Assembly (NCBI RefSeq): GCF_964355755.1
Contig: NC_092672.1
Span: forward strand, 15,314,001-15,378,000
DNA: 64,000 bases
Direction of reading: 5' to 3'
DNA from: Antedon mediterranea
Taxonomy: Eukaryota; Animalia; Echinodermata
Shown: piece by piece, positions 38,800 to 51,694 of the stretch
Position numbering within the stretch: position 1 is the first letter of the stretch
Layout: every line of letters begins with the position of its first letter
The notes under the pieces: model-generated
Database searches by the model: none
What the model saw: only the letters and a program-made list of their open reading frames with translations
Told to the model about the DNA's origin: nothing
Program-made: the position numbers and the translations under genes

Positions 38800-40962
38800 C
38801 AGTGGCGGATCTAGCGGGGGGCGTGTGGGGCGTACGCCCCCCCTATGTTTTAAAGATTTTTTTTTTTTTTTTTTTAAATTATATAGATTTTAAAAACACG
38901 TATCATTTTCATAGTGAAAATAGTACGTCGGAGCACATCGTCAGCTTGATCGCATTTCACCAAGCATGTACGTCGACATCCTTTGTGTACTATCAATCTC
39001 TAGCGTTACCAACGATCATTCACAGTTAAGTGTAAAACTAAAAGGAGCAAGTTGATAAAAGCCACGTGGTGAGCTTGGTCGCGTTTTACTAAGCAGTTCG
39101 GCATCCTTTGTGATCGTCACTCCCGTATTGTAGAGTAGCGGTACGTACCTCCGACGATCAATAGAGTTTATGAAGTCACATGGTCAGTGCTACACTACGC
39201 GCCCATTTATTAAATACAATAAAAACAAAGGCTAGGACTGTAGTGCCTATGAAAATTATCCCGTTACGTTAGGCCTATATTTTATTAAAACATATTACTA
39301 TTAAAATATTAACAATGCTGCATGCAGAATTTCATGACCCTTGTAGTGTTTTATTTGCTTTTCCGTCGATGATTCTCATAAACAAATCGCGATGACAAAA
39401 GGGGTGTTTTGTTTTTTTCAAATCACTAAATATAATGTAATGATGATCGAGCCGGACCGCTAATTTTTAAACGATCGTCTAAACCAGGTCGTTGAATATG
39501 CCGTGATTTTAATTGTCAAAAACATGATCGTCAGTCGATGGCTCGGAGTTTCGATAAATCTCGCGTCGCATTGTTGCGTGGTGGTGGAAAACACTCTCAG
39601 CAAGTTTGCTTCATTAATATGAATGAGACTCTGTGACGACCCGCTTTAACGTGACGTCATTTTACTTTAGCTGCTTGGATGCGAAGAAGTAGTCACCGCG
39701 ATCGACCCGGCGGCGATTTTTTTTTTCGTACATAAGTTGGGGACCCCTCATGAAACGTCACAAAATAATCATGAATAATTCATCAGTTAATTTGTTGTTC
39801 CGTGTGCACCCAAGCATATAGCAACAAGAAGTGATTACACGCACAACTAAACTGCGATACGATTCTTTCTACAGTAGGCCTAGGATTCTAGGTCAATTCA
39901 CGTGATTGCCTTCGCGCACTCTTCTTCACACACACACCACTATGCAAAATGTGTCGAGGCTAATCGACAGCTAGGCAAGACATTAAACTAAGTAGTAATT
40001 GGACATAGCCCAAAGAAAGCTTAGCCCCACAAGAATAAAAAATGTGTATAATTTGTGTACTGTAATTTTTTAATTCTGCTATTTTATTATCAAACAATAT
40101 GCATGTACTCAAAGGAACTTTAAAAATGCGCGTATATGAACACATGAGATGGGAAGATTAGACCCACGAGAATAAAAAATGTATTTTTGTGTAATGTTTA
40201 TTGTTTAATTTTGCTGACTTATTACTCGGACTGTGTCATACCTAACACACACGTCACACACACACCCACACAGCGAGCTTAGAACACAGCTACTACTAGA
40301 ATAGACATGGGTTTAGAGACTAATAATTAGGCCTAATAGTATCAATAGAAAATATAATTTTAACACGTAATTCTTTTGTAATAAATTATATTAATAACAC
40401 CATAAACTAAAGGCTGATTATTTCGACAATCCACACAAAACGCCGCTATTTTTTTATGAAATCCCACGCGGCAACCACAGCGGAGATTAGGCCTAGAATC
40501 GTACCGCACTTGTGTAATCACTTCTTGTTGCTATACGTTTGGGTGGAACAAGAAAATTTAACTGATGAATTATTCATGTTTATTTTGTGACGTTTCATGA
40601 GGGGGTCCCCAACTTATGTACGAAAAAAAAAATCGCGACCCGGCGCGCGTGTAAGAAAATAATACCGGCCTAGGCTAGGACAAGTTTATGCTTATATAAA
40701 AGCTGAAAAACATCGTCGCGTTGTAAAAATTTAGATGTAAAGTACAGGCAAGTTGTTATCTTGCTTTGGTACCCTAGGTAAGTATCAGCTGCATGTTCCA
40801 CATGTCGTAATTTGCGAGCTTTAGAGTGTTTGGTAAATGACATTATGAATTGTTTGTAAATCGTTTTAAACGACTTACAATGCGCTAGAACGCCAAAATT
40901 TCCAGTTGCCTTCGCTCACAAAGCTACGCCCCCCCTATTTCTAAATCCTGGATCCGCCCCTG
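38800..40962. mobile_element. hAT-like MITE
   Basis: cagtggcggatctag ... ctggatccgcccctg. Flanks share only TATAG (5 bp). Confidence 0.75.
39713..40636. mobile_element. Mutator (MULE)-type MITE nested in the hAT-like MITE
   Basis: Exact 9-bp TSD gacccggcg (39704-39712, 40637-40645). Imperfect TIRs of >130 bp starting gcgattttttttttcgtacataagttggggaccc. Confidence 0.88.
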
Positions 40963-41489
40963 TATAGCATCTAGGAATAGGAACTTTTTTTAAATTTATA
41001 ATTCCCAGCAATGTTTGAACTGTATATATGAACTGTTTTATAAGTTGTTTTGTGACTGTGCAATTTGGTAGTAGTCACTAATACTGTACATTTAAAAGTA
41101 ACACATCCAAATGCCAACTTTAAGTCAATGGCTACCAGATGTCTCTGTGAGACGGTTATTTGAACCAGTACCAGTGTTGTACGAAAAAACTAAAAAGAAC
41201 CATCATCTATATAAAAATTGCACAAAGTTATAATCAATCATTATAGTAAAATAAATCTTAAATCAGAAATATTCATTATTTAAATATATATATATATATG
41301 ATAAATTTATACAGTGTTAACGTTAGTCATTATTATTTAATCTTAAAATATAATAATATAATATATATATATATATATAAACACAGTAGGCAAAGAACAT
41401 TAATTCTAAACCGCCCGGTGATATACTGAAATTTAATTAATTAATTTGAAACGATAAAGATGAGGAAATCTGTCAGAATGAGAAAAAGT

Positions 41490-41561
41490 CGCCCCAACCG
41501 AGACTCGAACTCGGACCGTCTGCTTGATATGCAGTTGCCCTAACCATTAGACCACTGGGGC
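41490..41561 (-). tRNA. tRNA-like gene, copy 1 (Arg-like body, anticodon ATC)
   Basis: GCCCCAG TG GTCT AATGGTTA GGGC A ACTGC ATATCAA GCAGA CGGT CCGAG TTCGAGT CTCGG TTGGGGC G folds as a cloverleaf. A and B boxes present; TTTTT lies 2 nt downstream. Confidence 0.7.
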
Positions 41562-41843
41562 TTTCATGGTATTGTTCAAACTCGATTGGATAGCGACTCT
41601 TTAACATTCTCGGCGTGATACGGCGGAACAGCACTAGTCCTCAGTTGTACACACGTACAACAGAGATCAAATTGATACGCCCTCATCTTACAGTATTTTT
41701 ATTCACGAGGCGGGATCTCCGAAGAGATACATAAACACAGTAGGCAAAGAACATTAATTCTAAACCGCCCGGTGATATACTGAAATTTAATTAATTAATT
41801 TGAAACGATAAAGATGAGGAAATCTGTGAGAATGAGAAAAAGT

Positions 41844-41915
41844 CGCCTCAACCGAGACTCGAACTCGGACCGTCTGCTTGATATGCAGTTGCCCTAACCA
41901 TTAGACCACTGGGGC
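41844..41915 (-). tRNA. tRNA-like gene, copy 2 (one acceptor-stem mismatch)
   Basis: As copy 1, but the 3' acceptor strand is TTGAGGC. Confidence 0.6.
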
Positions 41916-42207
41916 TTTCATGGTATTGTTCAAACTCGATTGGATAGCGACTCTTTAACATTCTCGGCGTGATACGGCGGAACAGCACTAGTCCTCAGTT
42001 GTACACACGCACAACAGAGATCAAATTGATACGCCCTCATCTTACAGTATTTTTATTCACGAGGCGGGATCTCCGAAGAGATACTTTTATATATATAAAC
42101 ACAGTAGGCAAAGAACATTAATTCTAAACCGTCCGGTGATATACTGAAATTTAATTAATTAATTTGAAACGATAAAGATGAGGAAATCTGTGAGAATGAG
42201 AAAAAGT

Positions 42208-42279
42208 CGCCCCAACCGAGACTCGAACTCGGACCGTCTGCTTGATATGCAGTTGCCCTAACCATTAGACCACTGGGGC
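42208..42279 (-). tRNA. tRNA-like gene, copy 3
   Basis: Identical to copy 1. Confidence 0.7.
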
Positions 42280-44691
42280 TTTCATGGTATTGTTCAAACT
42301 CGATTGGATAGCGACTCTTTAACATTCTCGGCGTGGTACGGCGGAACAGCACTAGTCCTCAGTTGTACACACGCGCAACAGAGATCAAATTGATACGCCC
42401 TCATTTTACAGTATTTTTATTCACGAGGCGGGATATCCGAAGAGATACTTTTATATATATAAACACAGTAGGCAAAGAACATTAATTCTAAACCGCCCGG
42501 TGATATACTGAAATTTAATTAATTCATTTGAAACGATATATATATATAGGTTTAAAATAGATTATTATAATAAAGCAACAATAATTCCAATTAAAGTACA
42601 ATTATTTTGGTTTAATTTATTTATTCAAGTCTTATTGGACTAGGTAGAGTTGAATTCGCATAACAGTTAGTCCCACATCTAGGTACACTGTACTTGTTGA
42701 ATGTACGCAATCTTCTTTCGGGCTTGGTGTTTTCAGGAATCCAAGTAAAATATCCAGATGTCACCATCACCATAGTTGACCGAAACTACCATGTAACACG
42801 ATAGCAATCATGGCTAACTATAGGATGATACAATTTTCTGTATATGTTAAATGTGCTTGTTCGGTGTAACTGCCAATTCACTATTTTGTTTTTATTTGTG
42901 TTACGTTGCATTCAATACAAATGTCTACAGGGGAAGCTTCAATTGGGGGACAGGAAACACTCTCAGAGCCAGAACACTTCAATGCTAATATTAATGTTAT
43001 ATATTTACCTTGTATTGTTCCTTCGTATGTTACTAATATTATTCAACGTCATTTCTTGAATTTATTTTATTTAAATGAGTAAAATTTTATTTGATAAACA
43101 CTTGCAACAAACTACTTAATTTGACAACGCAAAAACAAACTACCAATAAACACCTCACCTATCCCTGGCAACATTGTTTACATTTTATGAAATGAAAGTA
43201 TCAAAAAATAAAAAATAAAATTTGATATTGATCATTTTAGAATAAATGTATAACCACTGTAGACATGTAACAATATCTTATAGTATGTTCATCTGCATTT
43301 TTAAAATCATGTTTTCTCATGACAAACTTTATATACTGTTGTTGGCATTCACAGCAATACTTACAATGTGTTTCTAGGGTACATGAAAACAATGTGTTTG
43401 AATTACACATCCTTCATGGTTAACAAATTCTATCATCCTTATAAAGTGGCAATTCAGGAAGTAATACATAGGATTTCCTAAGATACCCAATGAGAACAAT
43501 TTATCAAGAAAATCAGATTATATTAAAGTATTTACTTAAGGGTAGGTTAAACTTGATATATCTATTTGTTTACCTTGGCTTTGCATATACAGAATGGAAG
43601 CAAATTTTTTTTTATTGTGTATGTGTTTGTAAAGGTGTTGTACATCTACCATCTTAATTTGTGATTTTTGATGGAAATTAAGGCTTAGTATATCCAGACC
43701 CATGGCGTTGTGTACAACGTTAATAAAAAAAGTCAAATTATAAACAGCAAAGAAAAAAATCAGATACAGAGCGTAAGCCTTATTGTTACAATGATATTGT
43801 CCTCTACATGCCCATTTACACTAGGACAATAATGATCAACGATAAATAGATAAGCCTGCACTTTCTTAAATAAAACAAAAGAAATTAGTCAGAAATGTTT
43901 ATTTTCAGTGTCTAACAAAGAAGCAACTTCTGTCAACTTATTTTACTCAAGGAAGCTGCTAATTAGCAAATTAATGAGCATAACTACAGCTATGAACTTA
44001 TGATATATACTATTTTAGCATTAACAACCCATAAAAATAAAGATTCTAAGTTATGCTTTTAAAAGAAGTAGATACTTATTTCATTTCATTTTTAGTCGCG
44101 TGCGACTCTACAGCTCACTATGTTGGTCGGTTGGTCAGTAGGTCAATAAACACTAACTTGAGCACATGATTGCAGCCATGTAATGGCCTTGTTCATTCAG
44201 TTATTTGACCAACAAACCATAAGCTAAAATATACAGAGATAAATTGGAATTTTGGTTTATAATCTATGACCAATCATTGAAATTCATAAAATCGCGCGTA
44301 AGTCACGTTGCGCAACTCTGACGTCATTCAAAATATGGAGGTGCACAACTTCAGGTAAATGTCCATATGATGACAAAGTTATATATATGATATAGTTACA
44401 AGCAATAGGGCATATGCTGCGCACAAAAATCCGGAAAAGAAAGAAGAATAAAGATGAAAAACTAGATTTGAACTCGTCACTTTGACGAGTTCGGGTTATC
44501 CGCGCAAAGGCAACATGCACATACTTTAAACTATATGAACTTCGACAAATATTATGCCATCCTATGACATGAATTAAACATGTTTACAGTGCTGAATTGT
44601 ACCTATTTTGTAGCATACAGCATATTACAGAATACACTGTTATATGTATCTTGAAAATATTCTTTTTTCCAAACCAATAATTAGTAAAAAC

Positions 44692-44742
44692 TAACCTTGA
44701 CAGTTTCGCTGTCCTGATCGGACAGCTTCTTCAGAAATAATG
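44692..44742 (-). ncRNA. Minimal type I hammerhead ribozyme motif, Penelope-type
   Basis: Minus strand reads ..ttattt CTGAAGA a gctgtcc-gatca-ggacagc GAAA c t GTC aagg. Conserved core, perfect 7-bp stem II and GUC triplet; stem I is weak. Confidence 0.7.
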
Positions 44743-45328
44743 GCGATCTATCATCAAACAGACTGACCTCTAGAGGGCCTATTCTGTTTTATGCGCGTGT
44801 GCGCGCGTAACTTCTTGTAAAACATGCCATTTTCAATCCATAGAAAGTTGACCCATGATATGACTTGAATTTTCACCAAGTGTCAATAGAAAATGACTTT
44901 TGGTTTATAATCTATGATCAATCATTGAAATTCATAAAATCGCACGTCAGTCACGTTGTGCAACTCTGACGTCATGCTAAATATAGAGGTGCACAACTTC
45001 AGGTAAATTTCCATATAATGACAAAGTTATATGATCTTATGTTGACAAGGATGAGAGATATGCGACACACAAAAATCGGGGAAAGAAAGAAGAATAAAGA
45101 TGAAAAAAAAGATTTTTACAATAACTTTACAAGTTGCGGATAACCAATAATAAAGATTTTGTACAATAACAATAGGTGATCATTTTATTCTAAATATGAC
45201 CAGCTTTCCCCTGAAATATGGTGCAAGAAGCATTTTTGGGTAGAAGCTGGGATCCACTTGATTTAGGATATTTCGACCTCGCTGATTACAAATATGGCGG
45301 ATCCCAAGCGAAATTTGGCCATCTAAGC

Positions 45329-45738
45329 CAAAGAACTTATAACACAAGAATCTCCTGTTCTTCAATTTGCATTCAAAACACAGTATCGGAAGTACAGGGT
45401 TAAAAGGTCAAACTGGGTGACGCCATTTCACAGCATGGAGCAGCGCCCCCTCCAAACTAGGAAGTCAATTACTCTATCCCCCTAGAGTATTAGCAGATTC
45501 CCTCTATGATTTTGACTTTCTAATTTGATGCGGGCGCCCTACTCCTCAGTCAATTACTCTATCCCCCCAAGAGTATTAGCAGATCCCCTCTATGATTTTG
45601 ACTTTCTAATTTGATGCGGGCGCCCTACTCCATGGCTCACAATGGCGCCACCCATTAGCTCTATTCTATCCCACAATGCCTTTCGAAATTGTTACGCGCT
45701 TCGGACGAACAGGAGATTCTTGTGTAATAAGTTCTTTG
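45329..45738. mobile_element. P-element-like (or hAT) MITE
   Basis: 32-bp TIRs caaagaacttat(a/t)acacaagaatctcctgttc. Exact 8-bp TSD atctaagc (45321-45328, 45739-45746). Internal ~85-bp tandem duplication. Confidence 0.85.
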
Positions 45739-46572
45739 ATCTAAGCCCTTAATTTGCATAATTAAAAATGGCGGCCATTTTTTATAATTTCTCTATATCT
45801 CGAGAACTACTAGTCACAGATAATTAATTTTGGTGTCAAAGTGTTTTAAATATATGCTTTTATATTAACTTAACACATTTTGTCAAAAAATGGATGCAAG
45901 TCTTATTTCTGACATTTTGACCTTTGACCTTGATTTATCGTATCTCAATAACCAATAATCGGAGAGACACAAAATAGGGCTCTAAAACGGCTGATTCTAC
46001 AACTATTGACCTTTGAACTATTAGTAAAATATAATAATTTAACTCTGAAAATGTTGGTCTTATGACATTTTTTTTCTTTTTAAATTGTTTAAAACATGTG
46101 TGTTTCTATCCAGTCTAATGGCACATTTTGTACAAAAATGGCCGATAGTATGGTTATTAACCTTTGAACTTCAGCATAGGCCTACTGTGTATTAAATAAA
46201 ATTGCATAACTATGAAATTATTTATACACAATAATAATTAGTAAAATTATAAAATTCACTGCCATCAAATAATGATGCTGAGGGATTGATTGATTGTATC
46301 TGAGTTATTACAATGATGGTCATTAGAAGACATCTGGTAAATTTTGTTTTATAAAGGTCGATTCTTCAATTATAATTATAATTCTATATCATTACATTAC
46401 AATAGGTTCGCTACAATCGGGGAGACTGGGCTTCCCATGGCTTCTCCGAATTTTTGTTTGTAGATAATATCTTTGAATGTGGAATAAGTGGTAGTTAAGA
46501 TGAACTTTAATAACCGTATGATGTCATCGATGTTCAATATTGTTCTATTTTTTAAATCACTATCTTCTTTAA

Positions 46573-46898
46573 AGTTGTATTGTCCCCCTGAAAGGATAAT
46601 TCTTCAAATTTTTTTTTTAATATTCCAGATAAATGTAACAAAATAGTTATCCACTTTGACCAAAAATTGGATCGAAAAAAAAATGTATTTACCTGAAAAA
46701 AGTGGTCAAATTGGCTGCCAGCCAATGGATTTTTGGTTGAATTTAACCATTTATGTTGTCATTTTATAAGTGAAAACAAAATTTTTTGTCGTTTTTATTT
46801 CATTGGAAGTGATTAACTTTATTAAAACTGCAAAATAACATATAAAGTCTGCTTTAATTAATTTTCATTTTTCATGTTTTTTGGGGGACAATACATCT
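46573..46898. mobile_element. Kolobok-like MITE; related partial copy at ~53015-53197
   Basis: TTAA|agttgtattgtccccc ... gggggacaatacatct|TTAC. Confidence 0.6.
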
Positions 46899-46934
46899 TT
46901 ACGGTAAGTCTAGATGTTATGACAGATAGTGAGG

Positions 46935-47410
46935 ATGGGATGTTGGTCATGTGAGTTGAAGATTTCATCTTCTTCTATTATGTTTTCTGCTAATTGTTGG
47001 GCTAAATGTTTAGAATTTTTAATGTGGTGTTGTGTGCTTCCTACTAATGGGGAAAGGATGTCAGCAACATCCTTATATGTTTCATGTGCAATGGATCCTA
47101 TGTATTCTACTATGGGACTAAGTTTTCTGCCTTCTTTATGCATTTTTGGAGTAGCAAGCATAAATATGTGGAATGTTTTCTACAGTAGGGAAGAGTAAGT
47201 CATATTGACTTCTAGTAATTCTTTGTTGTTTCTTTAAATCACTAAGAATGGATACTAACTCACTTTTGTAGCGACGGATAGGATTTTATTTCAAAACTTC
47301 ATATGTTTATTCACTCATCCGTAAGCATAGATGTTAAAGTGTGTGTGTCGTATTCCTCTTTATCCATAATGACTGTAGCTTTCCCTTTATCAGCTGGTAA
47401 AATGAGTATT
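46935..47410 (-). pseudogene. Penelope-like element reverse transcriptase fragment
   Basis: LILPADKGKATVIMDKEEY (~47350-47406) and PKMHKEGRKLSPIVEYIGS (the PKxHK..LRPIV motif). Confidence 0.8.
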
Positions 47411-47419
47411 ATTTTACTA

Positions 47420-48340
47420 GATGTTGGATAATGATTCAAAATAACAATGTTCAATTGTAAATTGTGAAAAAATGTGGGCTAAGGTACAAGTTAATGGAGG
47501 TAAACCTATGTATATTCCGGTCGAGGATGTTGACATTGAAACAAGAGATGAATTGTATAATCATTTGTTATCAAATTGAAAATATGTTTAACAAAAGAAA
47601 ATCCATTAATTTTGTTATTGGGAGACTTTAACACTAGCATAGGCAATGCAATACATAATGGTGACCCTACATTTAACACAAATGGTCATAGATTACTGGA
47701 ATTCAGTATTGACTCAACTTATTAATTCTGAACCGCACTATATATTTCAAAGGTAAAATTACTTTGGTAAGAGGTGATAAATAAAGTATCTCTAGTATCT
47801 GATCTAATAAATACAAGGTGCATGTTTATTTTATTTGTTAAAAACAATAATGGTATTAGTTAATAGTTTGTAGCCTAGTTAAAAAATAAATTTCTGTCCT
47901 CGTACTTGCAAACTTGAATAATTCTATTACTAAACTTTTTTGTAAAGAACTTGCTTATGTTGAGATAGCTGGTACCTCTCGGTCATATTCTTATGTGTGA
48001 TTGCAGTGATTAGGCCGACATTCAAAGTCAGTACAGATCTTTGTGTATTAGAAGCAACTCACTCAATCGCAAATTTATGAAATGCTCTACCAATGTTAAA
48101 TGTTACTGTATTAGTATGTATTGTGCAGCCCTGGTGTAACTATCGTATGAAGACTATTGGATCTCGTAATGTATGCTACAATAATGCTCTGCGCTGTATA
48201 CTTAATTGTAGTGTTTACGTAGTTATTTATGTAGATTCTCTAGAAGTAGTAGTGCCAGTGCAATGTTTATTGAACATGGTGTCCCTTCCTTTAATGAGTA
48301 CATTCGAAAATCTACCTATATATATTTAAATGCATTCATT
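47420..48340 (+). pseudogene. Highly decayed LINE remnants (endonuclease and RTE-X-like C-terminus)
   Basis: LLGDFN at ~47614 and VCYNNALRCIL at ~48169. Confidence 0.45.
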
Positions 48341-48429
48341 ATTGCCAGCGATCTAACTACTTTATAAACAATAGCTAAGTACGCACTTGTTTTGCGGTAT
48401 CCCTTTGTACGAATCGTTCAACGTTGTGT

Positions 48430-49116
48430 CTAGACGCGTTATATCATGTTCCATCCAGGGACCAAAATGTGTACTGTAGTTACTTTCCAGGCGAAGTTTA
48501 CCGACGGTTACGTCGTGTACTGTGTGTCGACGCTACGCTACACTACAGCAAAAACGAATTATGTTAATTGTTCGTATGTTTACCAATTTTTTAATTTTCA
48601 AGTAACCTTCTGTACCGTGGGGCACTTACAATAAGTGCATTTTCCTCGGACCTAACAGCTCTATTTTTCAAAAATTTCTTACAGATCAGCCCAAGGCACG
48701 CATTTACAATTTTGGCATCCCCAGACAGCAACCAGCCTACGCCTCTGCGATAAACAATATAGGCCTACCTCTTCGCCTGTGGGTAAGTTTTACGTTCGCG
48801 TATATTAATTTTTCTATGCTACAATTTACCCAATAAATATAGGCATATTTTGAAATTTTATTTTTTTAAATGAAAAATATGGATTGAAACAGTCATTGCG
48901 CATCGTATTTTTCCACGCAGTATTTTATTTATGCATTATAAAAAGCGGAAAAAGTGGCTACCCTAAATCTGATCTCTAAAACAACCTCAAATGACGCTAG
49001 AAGGCGTTGCTTCCTTGGCGGCCCTGGCCCTCAGCCTAGCGATGCTTGCTACGCTCGCATAGCCCCTTGTCGGGAAATGTAGCCCCCGCGTCGGGAAGGT
49101 CCTGGCGCCACCGCTG
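48430..49116 (-). mobile_element. Second copy of the hAT-like MITE at 29663-30512
   Basis: Ends agcccccgcgtcgggaaggtcctggcgccaccgctg. Long collinear reverse-complement match. Confidence 0.7.
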
Positions 49117-50929
49117 AGACATTTTTTACATTCCATTCTCTAGAAAATCAACATGTGTACCTCTCTTTGTACCTCTCGATGACAGGGAAAGTTCAATGAC
49201 TGTCAGTGAATAAAAGGTAACTGATGCCGATCAATAAAATTGCGAGAGAATTCTAGAGTGCGTGTGAAAAAGATTTACTGATCGTCCGACAATACTATAG
49301 ACTTAAAATTAATTAACCTAATATTCTTAACCTTAACCTACAGGGCCTATGTAGAAAATAATTTAATCAATTTTAATGTAATAATTAGTGTAATAATCAT
49401 ACAATATTCCTGTTTTACTAAGCTAGGTATTACGAACGAATTTCATTGTTGTCCACGTACAGTACGTGCGTACAGTAGGCCTACTAGTTATTGGGCTCTA
49501 GCGGCGCTAGTTCCCTTTCGCTTGTATTTTTACTCCAAATTACTAACTTTATCGCGTGAATACCACACCTTAGAATTATGCATCAAAAGTACTTTTAAGA
49601 AGAAGAATCACATACAAAGTAACAAATAAATCATTATATTGATGATTTTACAGACTTGTTTCTCGCACTATTCAATGTTCAATATTTTTATTTCTATAGA
49701 GCATCAAAAGAGCAACAATAATAGAGGACTAAAACGTAGTGGAATGCGTCAACTTCTAATGCATTTATTGGTAAAATACACATTTAATTTTAAGATAAGT
49801 TACTGCAGATACTGTTCTGTTTTCAAGGATAATAATCGATTTAAATCAGCATCACTATCTAGCCTAAGCCTAGGCTTAAGGGCATCCTACTGAGGATATT
49901 ATTATGAATTTTTCAATTTTATTTTCAACAGTATCATTTTATTTTTATTGACAGTTACAAAATATATTGAAATTGAACATGATTTTCACCAAAAAAAGGC
50001 ATTCACTATATGGATTCCACATAGTTTTTAGCCCTCTATTAATGTTGAACATTGAGTATGCTAAATTCGCGAACAGTATGCAGGAAAAAAAGTTCTACTA
50101 CAAGTAGTAAATAAGACAGCAACTTTATCCTCCTTGTTTGTACCTCCCTCCTTGTAGGCTACACCCTTTGAAAATAATTTTCAGTACATAAAACGAACAA
50201 TTAAAAATCCCCAAAAAATTACAAAACATAATTTTATCATAATAATGTACTTCACAATATTTCATATCTGAAAACCCTTCCGAGAGCTAATCTCTCTTCT
50301 TAGACATTATATCGGCCTATGAGTGGGCCAAATCGTCCCGTCACACCTGGGCCGAATCGTCCCGCATTCATCAATTATTGCCTATTATTATAGCATCTTA
50401 GGAATAGCAATTAGTAAGAAAAATAACCTAGCAAAGAGTTACCATTGCATTTGGTGTTTGGAAAAATGGTGCTCAATCTAATGTTTAGCAGAAGCGGCAT
50501 GCATGAGTTAGAAACATGAGCAAGAATACAGTATTTTAGTATTGTACTTATCACCCTTGAGATTCAATTGAAATGGTGTATCGTCGAATGACAGTACTAC
50601 GCTGATCACACATGTGCTGCATCCTGTCTCGATATTGCTACCCGCTTGGGCTATAGGCACCTGGATGTGTTAAATGTTTTACCATTTTCATGAGATTTAA
50701 AACATCTTTTCCTGCGGTTTCTATATTTTCTCTTAGAATATGCCAATTGCGAATTATTTTGACATCATACTTATATAAATATCTTATGACGTCATAGATA
50801 CGTTATATGGCAATTTAAATACTAATTGAAAAGTTTAATACCACATTTATATAGCGGCTATTCTGAATTTATGCTAATTAAACTTCTTTTTGATGTATGA
50901 CTTTGAATATCATGTTCATTTCAACAGGA

Positions 50930-51610
50930 AAGTGTTAGAAAATTGTTTTGTACCATCATTTTTAATTGCTAATTTGCCAAAATGTTTAGTCTGGTATTTT
51001 GGAGAAACATTTCTATATCTAGATAGGCAAATTCAACATTTATATTTTGTTTGTAGAAATGTTCGCGCTTTGCGATACTTGTCTATGACCCACGAGGTAG
51101 CTAAAAGTATGACGTATGTGATGACACGATGGAATCATTCAATCGTGTCGGTGTGTGGTGGTGATTCTGCAGCCTATTGATATGCCTACTAGGGCTCATA
51201 TGCCTCCTAGGCCTAGGTCGCCATTTTGAACGCCTAAATTCATGAACTTTTATAATTTACTCACCATCGTCTTTGAGTACAAGGGTTAGGCTGGGGGATT
51301 ACTACTATAAACTCCCATCTTCTTTATTCACCGAAAATCATCGAAACATATTAAAAAATGTTTAGTGCGATATGGTTGAATGATTCCAGCTATGTGTCTA
51401 GCTACTCTTTCTGGTCAATAGACAGGTCTGGCAAAGTGCGACCATCTCTAGTAAACATAACAAAATATAAATGTTGAATTTTTTCTTGTTTCTTTTGCCT
51501 ATCTGGATAATGAAGTTTTTCTTCAAACTACCAGACTAAACATTTTGGCCCAAATTTAAGCCTAATACACGTCAAATTAGCAATTGAAGTGATGGTACAT
51601 TATCTCTTGT
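50930..51610. mobile_element. Degenerate fold-back MITE
   Basis: gtaccatca..aattgctaatttg..aaaatgtttagtctggta..gataggcaaa..ttcaacatttatattttgtt is inverted at ~51457-51598. Confidence 0.6.
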
Positions 51611-51694
51611 ATTTTCACCGGCTTTCTAAACAAGCATCATTAATCAGGATGAAGGAAAAGTATGGGGCCTTATTTAGTTCCTTGAGGGATGCAT

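Larger units (their letters stand above)
41379..42537 (-). repeat. Partial-tandem array: 3 units of 354-364 bp plus ~77 bp of a fourth, embedded in a (TA)n tract
   Basis: Units start aaacacagtaggcaaagaac at 41379, 41733, 42097 and 42461. Units are near-identical. (TA)n on both outer flanks. Confidence 0.95.

Noticed and set aside
41490-41561. Selenocysteine or opal-suppressor tRNA (TCA within the loop)
   Set aside because: Loop register gives ATC at positions 34-36. There is no long variable arm or extended acceptor stem.
41630-41650. CTGAGGA on the minus strand of the tRNA array as a hammerhead core
   Set aside because: I could not find a stem II followed by GAAA at a suitable distance.
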